Positions 8,215-17,245 of a DNA stretch of 64,000 nucleotides are shown here, one piece after another (position 1 is the first letter of the stretch; each line of letters opens with the position of its first letter). The notes beneath the pieces were generated by a model, which was not told where the DNA came from, made no database searches, and saw nothing but the letters and a program-made list of their open reading frames with translations. Made by a program: the position numbers and the translations under genes. Origin of the DNA: an uncultured Clostridia bacterium (GTDB lineage: Bacteria > Bacillota > Clostridia > TANB77 > CAG-508); assembly GCA_944392175.1 (NCBI GenBank), contig CALXVT010000006.1:1077-65076 (forward strand). Reading direction: 5' to 3'.

Positions 8215-10054
8215 AAATGTTAGACCTCCAATGGGAGGCGGTAGAAGAGCTGGAAGAGTAGTAGAAAAACCAAAAGATTTTAAAGGAACTACTAAAAAGC
8301 TGTTAAAGAATTATTTGGCACAATATAAAATACCAATTATAATAGTTATTTTATTTGCTGTTGGAAGTACAATATTTTCTATTATAGGACCAAAAATTTT
8401 AGGTAATGCAACAACAGAAATATTTAATGGTATTGTTAATAAAATTTCTGGAGGTTCTGGAATAGATTTTGGAAAGATTGGAACTATACTTCTTACACTG
8501 TTAGGCTTATATGCTATAAGTGCATTGTTCTCTTTAATACAAGGATTTACAATGACTACAGTAACACAAAAAATTACATACAAAATGCGTAAAGATTTAG
8601 TTCATAAAATAAATAAATTGCCAATGAAATATTTTGATAAAAGAACTCATGGTGAAGTATTATCTATAATTACAAATGATATAGATACAGTATCACAAAA
8701 CTTAAACCAAAGTGTTACACAAATTATAACTTCTATTTGTACAATTATTGGTATTTTAATAATGATGTTTTCTATTAGCTGGCTTATGACAGTTGTTTCA
8801 TTAGTAATATTACCAGTTACAGCATTTTTAAGCTTTTTAATTGTAAAACATTCACAAAAATACTTTAAAGCACAACAAGACTATTTAGGCCATGTTAATG
8901 GTCAAGTAGAAGAAGTTTATGGTGGACACACAATAGTAAAAGCTTTTAATGGAGAAGAAAAAGCTACAGAAACATTTATGAAGGCAAATGATGTATTATA
9001 TAGATCAGCATGGAAATCACAATTTTTATCTGGTTTAATACATCCAGTAACAAACTTTATAGGTAATGTTGGATATGTTGCGGTTGCAATTTTAGGTGGA
9101 TATTTAACAATTCAAGGTAAAATTGCAGTTGGTGATATACAAAGTTTCATTCAATATAATAGACAATTTGTTCAACCAATTACACAAATTGCACAAATAT
9201 CTGGTACATTACAATCTATGATTGCTGCTGCAGAAAGAGTTTTTGAGTTCTTAGAAGAACCAGAAGAAATAGAAACAGCAAAAGGTAATATAGATACAGA
9301 TAAATTAAAAGGAAATGTTGTATTTGATCATGTTAATTTTGGATATGATCCAAACAAAACAATTATCAATGATTTCTGTGCAAATGTAAAAGATGGACAA
9401 AAAATTGCTATTGTTGGACCTACAGGAGCAGGAAAAACTACAATGGTTAAATTGTTAATGAGATTTTATGATGTAAACTCTGGTTCAATTTCTGTTGACG
9501 GACATAATATAAAAGATTTCGAAAGAGGAAACCTAAGAAAAATGTTTGGAATGGTTTTGCAAGATACATGGTTATTTAGTGGTAGTGTAGAAGATAATAT
9601 TAAATATGGTAAGCCTGATGCAACAGATAGTGAAGTAATTGAAGCAGCCAAAGCAGCACATGTACATCATTTTATAAAAACATTACCAAAGGGATATAAA
9701 TCAGATTTAAATGAGGAAACAAGTAATGTTTCTGCAGGGCAAAAACAATTATTAACAATTGCGAGAGTTATTTTAGCAGATCCTAAAATATTGATTTTAG
9801 ATGAAGCTACAAGCTCAATAGATACAAGAACTGAGCAACAAATTCAATCAGCAATGGATAACTTAATGAAAGGTAGAACAAGTTTTATTATTGCACATAG
9901 ATTATCTACAATAAAAAATGCAGACTTAATTTTAGTTATGAACCATGGTGATATTGTAGAACAAGGAACACATGAAGAATTACTTGTAAAAGATGGATTC
10001 TATGCAGGACTATATAATTCTCAATTCGAAGAATGTAATGATGAGATTGAATAG
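8201..10054 (+). CDS. ABC transporter permease/ATP-binding protein (heterodimer partner)
   Basis: Walker A GPTGAGKTT, signature SAGQKQL, Walker B ILILDEATS. Overlaps the upstream gene by 14 nt. Confidence 0.9.
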   Translation: MAENKNVRPPMGGGRRAGRVVEKPKDFKGTTKKLLKNYLAQYKIPIIIVILFAVGSTIFSIIGPKILGNATTEIFNGIVNKISGGSGIDFGKIGTILLTLLGLYAISALFSLIQGFTMTTVTQKITYKMRKDLVHKINKLPMKYFDKRTHGEVLSIITNDIDTVSQNLNQSVTQIITSICTIIGILIMMFSISWLMTVVSLVILPVTAFLSFLIVKHSQKYFKAQQDYLGHVNGQVEEVYGGHTIVKAFNGEEKATETFMKANDVLYRSAWKSQFLSGLIHPVTNFIGNVGYVAVAILGGYLTIQGKIAVGDIQSFIQYNRQFVQPITQIAQISGTLQSMIAAAERVFEFLEEPEEIETAKGNIDTDKLKGNVVFDHVNFGYDPNKTIINDFCANVKDGQKIAIVGPTGAGKTTMVKLLMRFYDVNSGSISVDGHNIKDFERGNLRKMFGMVLQDTWLFSGSVEDNIKYGKPDATDSEVIEAAKAAHVHHFIKTLPKGYKSDLNEETSNVSAGQKQLLTIARVILADPKILILDEATSSIDTRTEQQIQSAMDNLMKGRTSFIIAHRLSTIKNADLILVMNHGDIVEQGTHEELLVKDGFYAGLYNSQFEECNDEIE

Positions 10055-10126
10055 ATTTAGTGAAAGTGGAATAATTAATTTTGTTAGAAAACTAAACAAA
10101 ACATTAAGCAATAGCAAAATCAAAAA

Positions 10127-10154
10127 AAGAATAGGACGATTCCTATTCTTTTTT
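10127..10154 (+). terminator. Rho-independent terminator
   Basis: AAGAATAGGA cgat TCCTATTCTT followed by TTTT. Confidence 0.8.
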
Positions 10155-10191
10155 GATATATCTGTGATAATATATGACCGAGGTGAAAAAT

Positions 10192-10785
10192 ATGCAAAAA
10201 GAATATAAGAGGATGAGCCATGAAGAATTTATAAATTATATAGATAAATTGAGTAATAATTTAGAGAAATACATAAAAGAAAATAATTTAAAAATAGATT
10301 TTATTTGCCCAGTATTAAGAAGTGGGGCAATACCAGCTGTATATATTTCTAATAAGCTTAATATTGTAAAATTTTTGCCTATGCAAGTAAAACATGTAAA
10401 ATATAATAATGGTGAATGCAAAACTGAGATGTTGTTAAATTCATTAGGTTCAATAAGTATTAAAAAAAATGAGCCGGTTTTTTTAATAATAGAAGCATTA
10501 CATAGTTCTGGGGAAAGTGCAAAAATATGTATTGATGCAATAAAAAATAAATATCCTAAAGCAAAAATTTTATATATTTGTTTGGCAAAAGCATTTAACA
10601 GTAGAAATTTTAGGGATATAACTATATATGAAGATAATGCAATATATTATAACAAAAATGGTAAATATACTAAAGATGAATGCTTAAAATTAAATATAGA
10701 ATATTATTCACCACTATTTCCTTGGGAAAAATTAGAAAATGAATTAAATCACCCGGATGATTCACAAGAAAATATATTTTTTTAA
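10192..10785 (+). CDS. Phosphoribosyltransferase-like protein
   Basis: PRTase-like layout (VLRSGAIPAVYIS ... VFLIIEALHSSGES). Start chosen at the ATG preceded by GAGGTG; the ORF track start at 10174 has no RBS. Confidence 0.4.
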   Translation: MQKEYKRMSHEEFINYIDKLSNNLEKYIKENNLKIDFICPVLRSGAIPAVYISNKLNIVKFLPMQVKHVKYNNGECKTEMLLNSLGSISIKKNEPVFLIIEALHSSGESAKICIDAIKNKYPKAKILYICLAKAFNSRNFRDITIYEDNAIYYNKNGKYTKDECLKLNIEYYSPLFPWEKLENELNHPDDSQENIFF

Positions 10786-10797
10786 TAATAAGTTGTA

Positions 10798-10826
10798 TTG
10801 TATATTTAATATTGTAGTGATATAAT
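10798..10826 (+). promoter_or_regulatory. Sigma-A-type promoter for the 10897 ORF
   Basis: TTGTAT, 17 nt, TGaTATAAT (extended -10). Confidence 0.45.
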
Positions 10827-10896
10827 CAAATGAACGAAATGTTGAAATAACAAAGAAAGGAGAGTTGAGCAGTGCTCAACTCAAAGGTAAAAAGTT

Positions 10897-11322
10897 ATGG
10901 AAGTTTTTGTTCGGACTAATATTGATGTAGAAGATTTTGGAGTCAAAGGCAAAAACAAAAAACGTGGCAATCCATTAACGTTAAAAGAAAACCATGAGTA
11001 TGTGGTAAAAGAATTTGCTCACGATATTTATGGCACGTACTATAAATTGTCGGGTAAACAATTGCCTTTTAATACTCAGTGGTTTGAAATTTCTGATATT
11101 GGCGGTGATGCGATATATGTACAGGTAAATGTATATGTAATTGTTGATCTGAATCCTAAAAAAATTCCAAAAGGCACATTAAATCCGGCCAAAGATTTGG
11201 AATTGCGTCATCACTATAAAGTAAAAAGAGCTTTTTGTGATATTCGCGGATGGATGTTTGAATTAGAGGGATTTGAAGATCCGGTGCTTCAGAAATACAT
11301 GGATGTATCACGTGTAAATTAA
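10897..11322 (+). CDS. Hypothetical protein with an internal two-fold repeat, higher G+C than its neighbours
   Basis: ORF of 141 aa with its own promoter and terminator. Halves 1-70 and 71-141 align weakly. 21 G+C in 10921-10980. Confidence 0.55.
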   Translation: MEVFVRTNIDVEDFGVKGKNKKRGNPLTLKENHEYVVKEFAHDIYGTYYKLSGKQLPFNTQWFEISDIGGDAIYVQVNVYVIVDLNPKKIPKGTLNPAKDLELRHHYKVKRAFCDIRGWMFELEGFEDPVLQKYMDVSRVN

Positions 11323-11368
11323 CCAACATGTTTGTTAGGTATGATTGGGTAAAACCAATTAAAAGAAA

Positions 11369-11399
11369 AAGAAGCTGGCAGAAATGCCAGCTTCTTTCA
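11369..11399 (+). terminator. Rho-independent terminator
   Basis: AAGAAGCTGGCA gaaa TGCCAGCTTCTT. Confidence 0.7.
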
Positions 11400-11401
11400 T
11401 A

Positions 11402-11439
11402 CAAATAGGGATTTTAGGTCTGTCCCTAAATTCCTATTG
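11402..11439. repeat. REP-like palindromic element, TAGGGAT-arm subfamily (diverged)
   Basis: CAAATAGGGATTTTAGGTCTGTCCCTAAATTCCTATTG. Confidence 0.7.
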
Positions 11440-11489
11440 AATTATTTTAAAATTATTAGTAAAATTATCTCATAAAAGGAGTGATTAAT

Positions 11490-11693
11490 ATGGCAAATTG
11501 GAAATGTCCAAAGTGTGGAAATGAAGAATTTGATAAAGATCAATTTCAAGCAACAGGAGGGAATTTTGCAAAAATATTTGATGTACAAAACAAAAAATTT
11601 ATTACAGTATCATGTACTAAATGCGGATATACAGAATTATATAGACAAGATACATCAACTGGAATGAATGTATTAGACTTTTTGTTGAATTAG
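11490..11693 (+). CDS. Zinc-ribbon domain protein
   Basis: CPKCG ... CTKCG pairs. RBS AAAGGAG before the ATG at 11490. Confidence 0.6.
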   Translation: MANWKCPKCGNEEFDKDQFQATGGNFAKIFDVQNKKFITVSCTKCGYTELYRQDTSTGMNVLDFLLN

Positions 11694-11704
11694 GAGGCAT
11701 AATT

Positions 11705-12202
11705 ATGAAAATAGCAATAGTATATAAAAGCATTACAGGAAATACAAAGCTTTTAGCAGAAGCAATAAAAGAAGAAATTCCTACAAATCAACTTGTTTAT
11801 TTTGGAGAGCCAAAAGAAAATATACAAGCAGATTTATATATAATAGGTTCATGGACTGATAAAGGAATGTGTGCTACAGAAATTGCTGACTTTATGAAGT
11901 CTATAAAAAATTCAAAAGTTGCATATTTTGGAACAGCAGGTTTTGGCGGATCAGAAGAGTACTTTAATAGATTATTCGAAAGAATAAAAACAAATATAGA
12001 TGATTCAAATGAGATATTAGGAGAATTTTTCTGCCAAGGGAAAATGCCAATGCAAGTAAAAGATAGATATGTTAACTTAATTAAAGAACATCCAGATGAC
12101 AAAAATCTAAAAGTTAGTATAGAAAATTTTGATAAGGCATTAACACATCCGGACAAAAATGATATACAAAATGCAAAAGAATGGGTAAAAAATATCATAT
12201 AA
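11705..12202 (+). CDS. Flavodoxin family protein
   Basis: N-terminal MKIAIVYKSITGNTK FMN-binding motif. 165 aa. Confidence 0.8.
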   Translation: MKIAIVYKSITGNTKLLAEAIKEEIPTNQLVYFGEPKENIQADLYIIGSWTDKGMCATEIADFMKSIKNSKVAYFGTAGFGGSEEYFNRLFERIKTNIDDSNEILGEFFCQGKMPMQVKDRYVNLIKEHPDDKNLKVSIENFDKALTHPDKNDIQNAKEWVKNII

Positions 12203-12219
12203 ATTAAGGAAGTAATAAA

Positions 12220-12738
12220 ATGAACGAAACTATCAAAAATTTAATTGAAAGAAGAAGTTGTAGAAAATATAAAAAGGAACAAATAAAGAATGAAGAATTA
12301 AATCTTATTTTAGAGGCAGGAAAATATGCACCAACTGGTATGGGAAGACAATCTCCTATTATTTTAGTTCTTCAAAATAAAGAAAAAATTGAAAAACTTT
12401 CAAAAATAAATGCTAAAATAATGGGAGTTGATAAAGATCCATTTTATGGTGCCCCAACAGTTTTAATAGTTTTAGCAGATAAAAATATAGGAACATATAA
12501 AGAAGATGGAAGTTTAGTATTAGGAAATTTAATGAATGCAGCACATAGTTTAGGAATTGGTTCTTGCTGGATACATAGAGCAAAAGAAGAATTCGAAACA
12601 GAAGAAGGAAAGAAAATGTTAAAAGAATGGAATGTACCAGAAAACTATGTTGGAATAGGTCATTGCATTTTAGGCTATCCAGAAGAAGTTGGAGAAGCAA
12701 AAGAGCGTAAGGAAGATTATGTAAGATATATAGATTAA
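12220..12738 (+). CDS. Nitroreductase family protein
   Basis: RRSCRKY ... LEAGKYAPTGMGRQS N-terminal signature. 172 aa. Confidence 0.8.
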   Translation: MNETIKNLIERRSCRKYKKEQIKNEELNLILEAGKYAPTGMGRQSPIILVLQNKEKIEKLSKINAKIMGVDKDPFYGAPTVLIVLADKNIGTYKEDGSLVLGNLMNAAHSLGIGSCWIHRAKEEFETEEGKKMLKEWNVPENYVGIGHCILGYPEEVGEAKERKEDYVRYID

Positions 12739-12744
12739 AATATT

Positions 12745-12785
12745 AAGAATTACTTTATATAAAATTATAGAGTAATTCTTTTTTA
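12745..12785 (+). terminator. Rho-independent terminator
   Basis: AAGAATTACT ... AGTAATTCTT followed by TTTT. Confidence 0.7.
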
Positions 12786-12834
12786 TGTGATATATTAAAA
12801 GTATAATTATAAAGAATTAATATAGGAGGCAAAA

Positions 12835-13038
12835 TTGGATAGATTAGAACGATTTGAAAAAGCATTAAATGATATTATTACAGGATATAATGATTTAGGA
12901 AAAGAATTAGAAAAATTAAGAGAAGAAGGAAAAAGTAAAACTACAAAATTTAGAGAACTATTAGGGAAAAAACTTGTATATAGCATGATAATTACTATTT
13001 TTAAAAGATATGATTTGATTGATAAAGATAAAATTTAA
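12835..13038 (+). CDS. Small hypothetical protein (TTG start)
   Basis: AGGAGG 5 nt upstream of the TTG. 67 aa, coiled-coil-like. Confidence 0.35.
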   Translation: MDRLERFEKALNDIITGYNDLGKELEKLREEGKSKTTKFRELLGKKLVYSMIITIFKRYDLIDKDKI

Positions 13039-13048
13039 GGAGTTTAAT

Positions 13049-13567
13049 ATGGATAAAGTGGAAATAAAGGAAATAACAATTGAAGATATCCCGGATTATG
13101 TAAAAGTAAATACTAGAGCATGGCAAGAAACATATAAAGGATTAATAGAAGATAGAATTCTAGAAGAAGTATCAAATAATATAGAAAAATCAATAAAAAG
13201 ACAAATTGATAAATTTGAAGAAGATAAGAAAAATGGTTTGAAAAAATATATTTTAAAAGTAAATAATGAACCAGTAGGAATGATGTCTGTAGGAAAATCT
13301 AGAATTAAAAAGTTTGAAGGAAAAGGAGAACTTGAAGCTTTATATTTATTGGACAAAGTAAAGAAAAAAGGCTATGGGAAAATGCTTTTTAATAAGGCAG
13401 TAGAAGTCTTAGTTACTAAAGGATTTAAGGATATGATCATAGGTTGTTTAGTAAATAATCCATCTAATGAATTTTATAAACATATGGGCGGAAAATTAAT
13501 TGATGTAGTAACCAATAAAATTATAGGTTATGATATGCAAGAAAATATATATTATTTTGAAATATAA
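13049..13567 (+). CDS. GNAT family N-acetyltransferase
   Basis: Acetyl-CoA motif region LDKVKKKGYGKMLFNKA. Start at the ATG after AAGGAG. Confidence 0.75.
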   Translation: MDKVEIKEITIEDIPDYVKVNTRAWQETYKGLIEDRILEEVSNNIEKSIKRQIDKFEEDKKNGLKKYILKVNNEPVGMMSVGKSRIKKFEGKGELEALYLLDKVKKKGYGKMLFNKAVEVLVTKGFKDMIIGCLVNNPSNEFYKHMGGKLIDVVTNKIIGYDMQENIYYFEI

Positions 13568-13590
13568 ATGAATAATTTGGGGATGGAGTA

Positions 13591-14358
13591 ATGAAAAAGA
13601 AACAAATAATAATAAATACAGAAAATTTAGATGAGATGTACAAATTGTATAAAAAATATAAAAGAATTATATATAAAAATACAGAATTTATATATGAAGG
13701 CAAAAATGAAGATGTAAAAAAAATAGTGGATGTTTTAAATAAAAAAACAAGAATGCAGAGATTAGCATATATATTTGATAAATCATGTGAAGAGGTAGAT
13801 AAAAAATTTGAAGGTAAAAATATATGTGGATTTGATTGTAATCAATGTATAGTTCAAAGAAAAGATAAAACAAAAGAGATAAATGGATGTTGCAGATTAT
13901 GTAGGTTTCAAGGGGATAATGGTTGTAAGTCAAAAAACTTAACTTGTAAATTATTTTTCTGTGATGAGATAAAACAAAAATATGATGTAATAGAATTAAA
14001 AGATTTAAAACTAGTAAAATTGCTTACAAGAAGGCAAAGATTAATGTTAAAGTTTGATTTATTTTCTTCCAGAGAAGAAGTAATTATGGATTTATATATA
14101 GGTTTTGCAACAATAGCAGCATTTAGAGAAATATGCACTTTAATTAAAAACTCAATATTTCTAATGTTTAGAAATAAATACGAGAGAAAAGCTAATAATT
14201 TTAAAATAAAAAATATAGTTTTTTTAGCAACAATATTTTTACTTCTATTTTTTGCAATAATTCATCCAATAATGCCATTAGTTATAATTGGAATAGGCTT
14301 AATAGAAGATCTTTTAATAAAATTGAACTTTAGGGACGGTCCTAAAAGTTCAAAATAG
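13591..14358 (+). CDS. Cys-rich protein (CxxC ... GCCxxC, YkgJ-like zinc/iron-chelating pattern) with a C-terminal membrane segment
   Basis: CGFDCNQCIV ... INGCCRLCRF ... CKLFFCDE. Hydrophobic C-terminal segments. The last 12 codons and the TAG stop lie within the repeat copy at 14319-14356. Confidence 0.45.
   Translation: MKKKQIIINTENLDEMYKLYKKYKRIIYKNTEFIYEGKNEDVKKIVDVLNKKTRMQRLAYIFDKSCEEVDKKFEGKNICGFDCNQCIVQRKDKTKEINGCCRLCRFQGDNGCKSKNLTCKLFFCDEIKQKYDVIELKDLKLVKLLTRRQRLMLKFDLFSSREEVIMDLYIGFATIAAFREICTLIKNSIFLMFRNKYERKANNFKIKNIVFLATIFLLLFFAIIHPIMPLVIIGIGLIEDLLIKLNFRDGPKSSK
14319..14356. repeat. REP-like palindromic element, TTGAACTT-arm subfamily
   Basis: AAAATTGAACTTTAGGGACGGTCCTAAAAGTTCAAAAT. 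Confidence 0.85.
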
Positions 14359-14415
14359 ATTAAAAAGACTGGTATTACTTGAATAGGGACTTTTTAAGAC
14401 ATAAAAGGAGAGATC

Positions 14416-14883
14416 ATGGTAAAAATATATAATATTAAAGATAAAAAAGAATATATAAAAGAAGTTGCAATATTAACTCAAAATGAATGGGGAAAACAGA
14501 ATTTAACTAAAACAGAATATGAAAATAAAATCAATAAAAAATGCCAGAAGATAATAAACAATTTAGATAATAATTATTATTGTAAATTAATACTTTTAAA
14601 AGATGATATCCTTATAGGTTTTATATCAATATTTGAGCATGATTGTGAAGAAAGACCTGAGCTTTCACCATGGTATGCAACTATGTTTATAAAGAAAGAA
14701 TATAGAGGAAAAGGCTATTCAAAAATTTTGAATAAAGCAATTTTAGAAGAGGCTAAAAGAAGAAAGTTTAAGAGATTATATTTAAAGACAAAATTAAATA
14801 ATTATTATGAAAAATTTGGCGCAAAATTTTTAGAAACATTAGAAAATGGAGAAAAAATATATTATTTTGATATAGGAGATTAG
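14416..14883 (+). CDS. GNAT family N-acetyltransferase
   Basis: KKEYRGKGYSKILNKAI acetyl-CoA binding motif. 155 aa. Confidence 0.75.
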   Translation: MVKIYNIKDKKEYIKEVAILTQNEWGKQNLTKTEYENKINKKCQKIINNLDNNYYCKLILLKDDILIGFISIFEHDCEERPELSPWYATMFIKKEYRGKGYSKILNKAILEEAKRRKFKRLYLKTKLNNYYEKFGAKFLETLENGEKIYYFDIGD

Positions 14884-14912
14884 GTAAAAAGCTAATTTAA
14901 AAAGAGGATTAT

Positions 14913-15659
14913 ATGGAAAAAGAAGAACTATTAAATAAAGTGGAAAAATTAATAAATTTATACAAAGAAGGTAAGCTTGGAGGAGAAGTAATGCCAGAAG
15001 ATGCTAATCCAGGATTAGAAAAATCTTCTTTAGAAAATTATTTATATTTTACATTGCCAATGGCATTAAATTATCAAAGAAATTCCTACAAATTATGGGA
15101 AAGTGCATTAAAAACATATAATGATAAAGAAACAAACTTTGTTTTTAATCCGAAAGAATGTCTTAAAAAAACATTTGAAGAAGTTCAAAGTTCATTAATT
15201 AAATATAAAGTCGCTTTACAAAAACAAAAGCAAACAGAAATATGGCTAAAATTATGCAGTACATTTATAGAATTATTTGATGGGGATATTCGAAAATTAT
15301 TTAAAGCTCAGGAAAATAGTGTTGATAAAATAAGAAAATATATTCAAATTGAAAATAAAAAGAAATTTCCATATCTATCTGGAACAAAAATATGCAACTA
15401 TTGGTTATATGTAATTTATCAATATACAGATAGAAACTATATTGATATGGAAAATTTGACTGTTGCACCAGATACACATGTATGTAAGGCAACATTGAGA
15501 TTAGGTTTAATTACTGAAGAAGAATTTGGCAAAAATAATGTTCAATTAATTGTAATTGATAGATGGAAAGAGCTATTAAATGGAACAAAATATAATCAAA
15601 TAGATATTCATACTCCTTTATGGCTATGGAGTAGGAATAGATTTAAAATAGAATTATAA
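14913..15659 (+). CDS. HhH-GPD superfamily-like protein (DNA glycosylase fold candidate)
   Basis: LSGTKICNYWLYV followed by APDTHVCKATLRLGLI. This resembles the endonuclease III helix-hairpin-helix region and its VDTHVxRVxxRLGL segment. Confidence 0.4.
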   Translation: MEKEELLNKVEKLINLYKEGKLGGEVMPEDANPGLEKSSLENYLYFTLPMALNYQRNSYKLWESALKTYNDKETNFVFNPKECLKKTFEEVQSSLIKYKVALQKQKQTEIWLKLCSTFIELFDGDIRKLFKAQENSVDKIRKYIQIENKKKFPYLSGTKICNYWLYVIYQYTDRNYIDMENLTVAPDTHVCKATLRLGLITEEEFGKNNVQLIVIDRWKELLNGTKYNQIDIHTPLWLWSRNRFKIEL

Positions 15660-15664
15660 GTGGA

Positions 15665-15707
15665 CATAAAATTTGAACTTTAGGGACGGAGCTTAAAGTT
15701 CAAAAAT
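15665..15707. repeat. REP-like palindromic element, TTGAACTT-arm subfamily
   Basis: CATAAAATTTGAACTTTAGGGACGGAGCTTAAAGTTCAAAAAT. Confidence 0.85.
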
Positions 15708-15744
15708 TGCGGGAAGGCTTTGTAATTTAGTGATAGGAGGAAAA

Positions 15745-16683
15745 ATGAAAGTATTAGTATTTACTCATAAAAGTGATATAGATGGAATGGGAGGAGCGAT
15801 TCTTTCCAAATTAGCATTTGAAAATGTGGATTATGTATTATGTGAAACGTTTACTTTGCAAGAAGAGTTAAAAAAATATTTTGATGATAAAAAAATATAT
15901 GATTATGATATGATATTTGTTACTGACTTATGGCTTGAAGAGCCTACATTAACCAAAGTGGCTGAAGATGAAAAATTAAAAAATAAGTTTTTTGTATTTG
16001 ATCATCACAAATCTGCAATAGAAGAGAATTTTAATAAATATGATTTTACGACAATAAAAATTTCGAATGAAAAAGGTCGTTGTTCTGGAACTAGTTTATT
16101 CTATGAATATTTAATTTCTAATAATTATCTAAAAAATATAAAAGCAATAGAAGATTTTGTAGAACTTACAAGAAGATATGATACTTGGGAATGGAAGAAT
16201 ATATATAATGATGAAAAAGCCCATGAATTAACATTATTTTTTGATGTTTTAGGTTGCTCTGGTTATATAACTACAATTTTCGACAAATTAAAAAATATTA
16301 ATCAAGATGCTAATTTTGAATTTAATAATATTGAGCAAATGATTATTAATAATAAAAAAGCCCAAGTTGAAGAAAAAATAAAAAATTATATTAAAAAAAT
16401 TTATTACAAAGATATTTTAGGATATAAAGCTGGAATAATTTTTATAGATTACGAATATAGAAATGATATCGCAGAATACATAAGACATATGCAAATAGAT
16501 ATTGATTTTGTAATGCTTATAGCACTTGATTATGGGACTATTTCATATAGAAAAATTAAAGAAGGAATGAATGTTAGAAAAATTGCTGAAAAATTTGGTG
16601 GAAAGGGACATGATGGAGCTGCTAGTAGTCCAATTTCTTTAGGTAAAAAAGATAAGCTAATTGATATTTTAACAAATGTTTAA
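15745..16683 (+). CDS. DHH family phosphoesterase
   Basis: THKSDIDGMGG, FDHHKS (DHH motif) and GGKGHDGAAS (DHHA1 GGGH-like). RBS AGGAGG before the ATG at 15745. Confidence 0.75.
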   Translation: MKVLVFTHKSDIDGMGGAILSKLAFENVDYVLCETFTLQEELKKYFDDKKIYDYDMIFVTDLWLEEPTLTKVAEDEKLKNKFFVFDHHKSAIEENFNKYDFTTIKISNEKGRCSGTSLFYEYLISNNYLKNIKAIEDFVELTRRYDTWEWKNIYNDEKAHELTLFFDVLGCSGYITTIFDKLKNINQDANFEFNNIEQMIINNKKAQVEEKIKNYIKKIYYKDILGYKAGIIFIDYEYRNDIAEYIRHMQIDIDFVMLIALDYGTISYRKIKEGMNVRKIAEKFGGKGHDGAASSPISLGKKDKLIDILTNV

Positions 16684-16690
16684 AAAAGTA

Positions 16691-16721
16691 TTGACTTAAA
16701 GTTAACTCCAAGTGGTATAAA
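16691..16721 (+). promoter_or_regulatory. MerR-type promoter with a 19-nt spacer and an operator dyad
   Basis: TTGACT, 19 nt, TATAAA. The spacer contains the dyad ACTTAAAGTTAACTCCAAGT centred on GTTAAC. Confidence 0.6.
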
Positions 16722-16754
16722 AAATATGAAGCAAGCTTAAAAGGAAGTGATAAA

Positions 16755-17138
16755 GTGACAATAGCTGAGGTAAGCAAAAAATATGAATTAACGCCAGATA
16801 CAATTAGATATTATGAAAAAGAAGGATTAATTCCAAAAGTACCTAGAAATAAAAATGGTATTAGAAATTTTGATGAAGAATCATGTGCATGGATAGAGTT
16901 TATTAAATGTATGAGAAGTGCCGGAATGGAAATAGAAATACTTAAAAAATATGTAGAACTATATTGGAAAGGTGCAGATACAGTAAAAGAAAGAAAAGAA
17001 CTTTTAGAAGAACAAAGAACGAGACTTTTAAAGAAGCAACAAGATATAAATGCAACATTAGAAAGATTAAATTATAAAATAAAAGTTTATGATGAGATAC
17101 AACAGGGAAAAAGAAAACATTTTATGGAAAAACCATAA
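16755..17138 (+). CDS. MerR family transcriptional regulator
   Basis: N-terminal HTH MTIAEVSKKYELTPDTIRYYEKEGLI. GTG start after AAGGAAG. Confidence 0.85.
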   Translation: MTIAEVSKKYELTPDTIRYYEKEGLIPKVPRNKNGIRNFDEESCAWIEFIKCMRSAGMEIEILKKYVELYWKGADTVKERKELLEEQRTRLLKKQQDINATLERLNYKIKVYDEIQQGKRKHFMEKP

Positions 17139-17245
17139 CGCTGATACTTAAATATATTAATATACTATGATTTCTAGATATAAAACAATTAACATCACCT
17201 GCTGAAATAGATAATTGGATAAATAAATTATAAGGAGGAATAGTT

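Noticed and set aside
9993-10208. A 71-aa ORF spanning the end of the second ABC gene and the intergenic terminator.
   Set aside because: It starts inside the ABC coding region in another frame and reads through a clear rho-independent terminator (10127-10154). It has no RBS.
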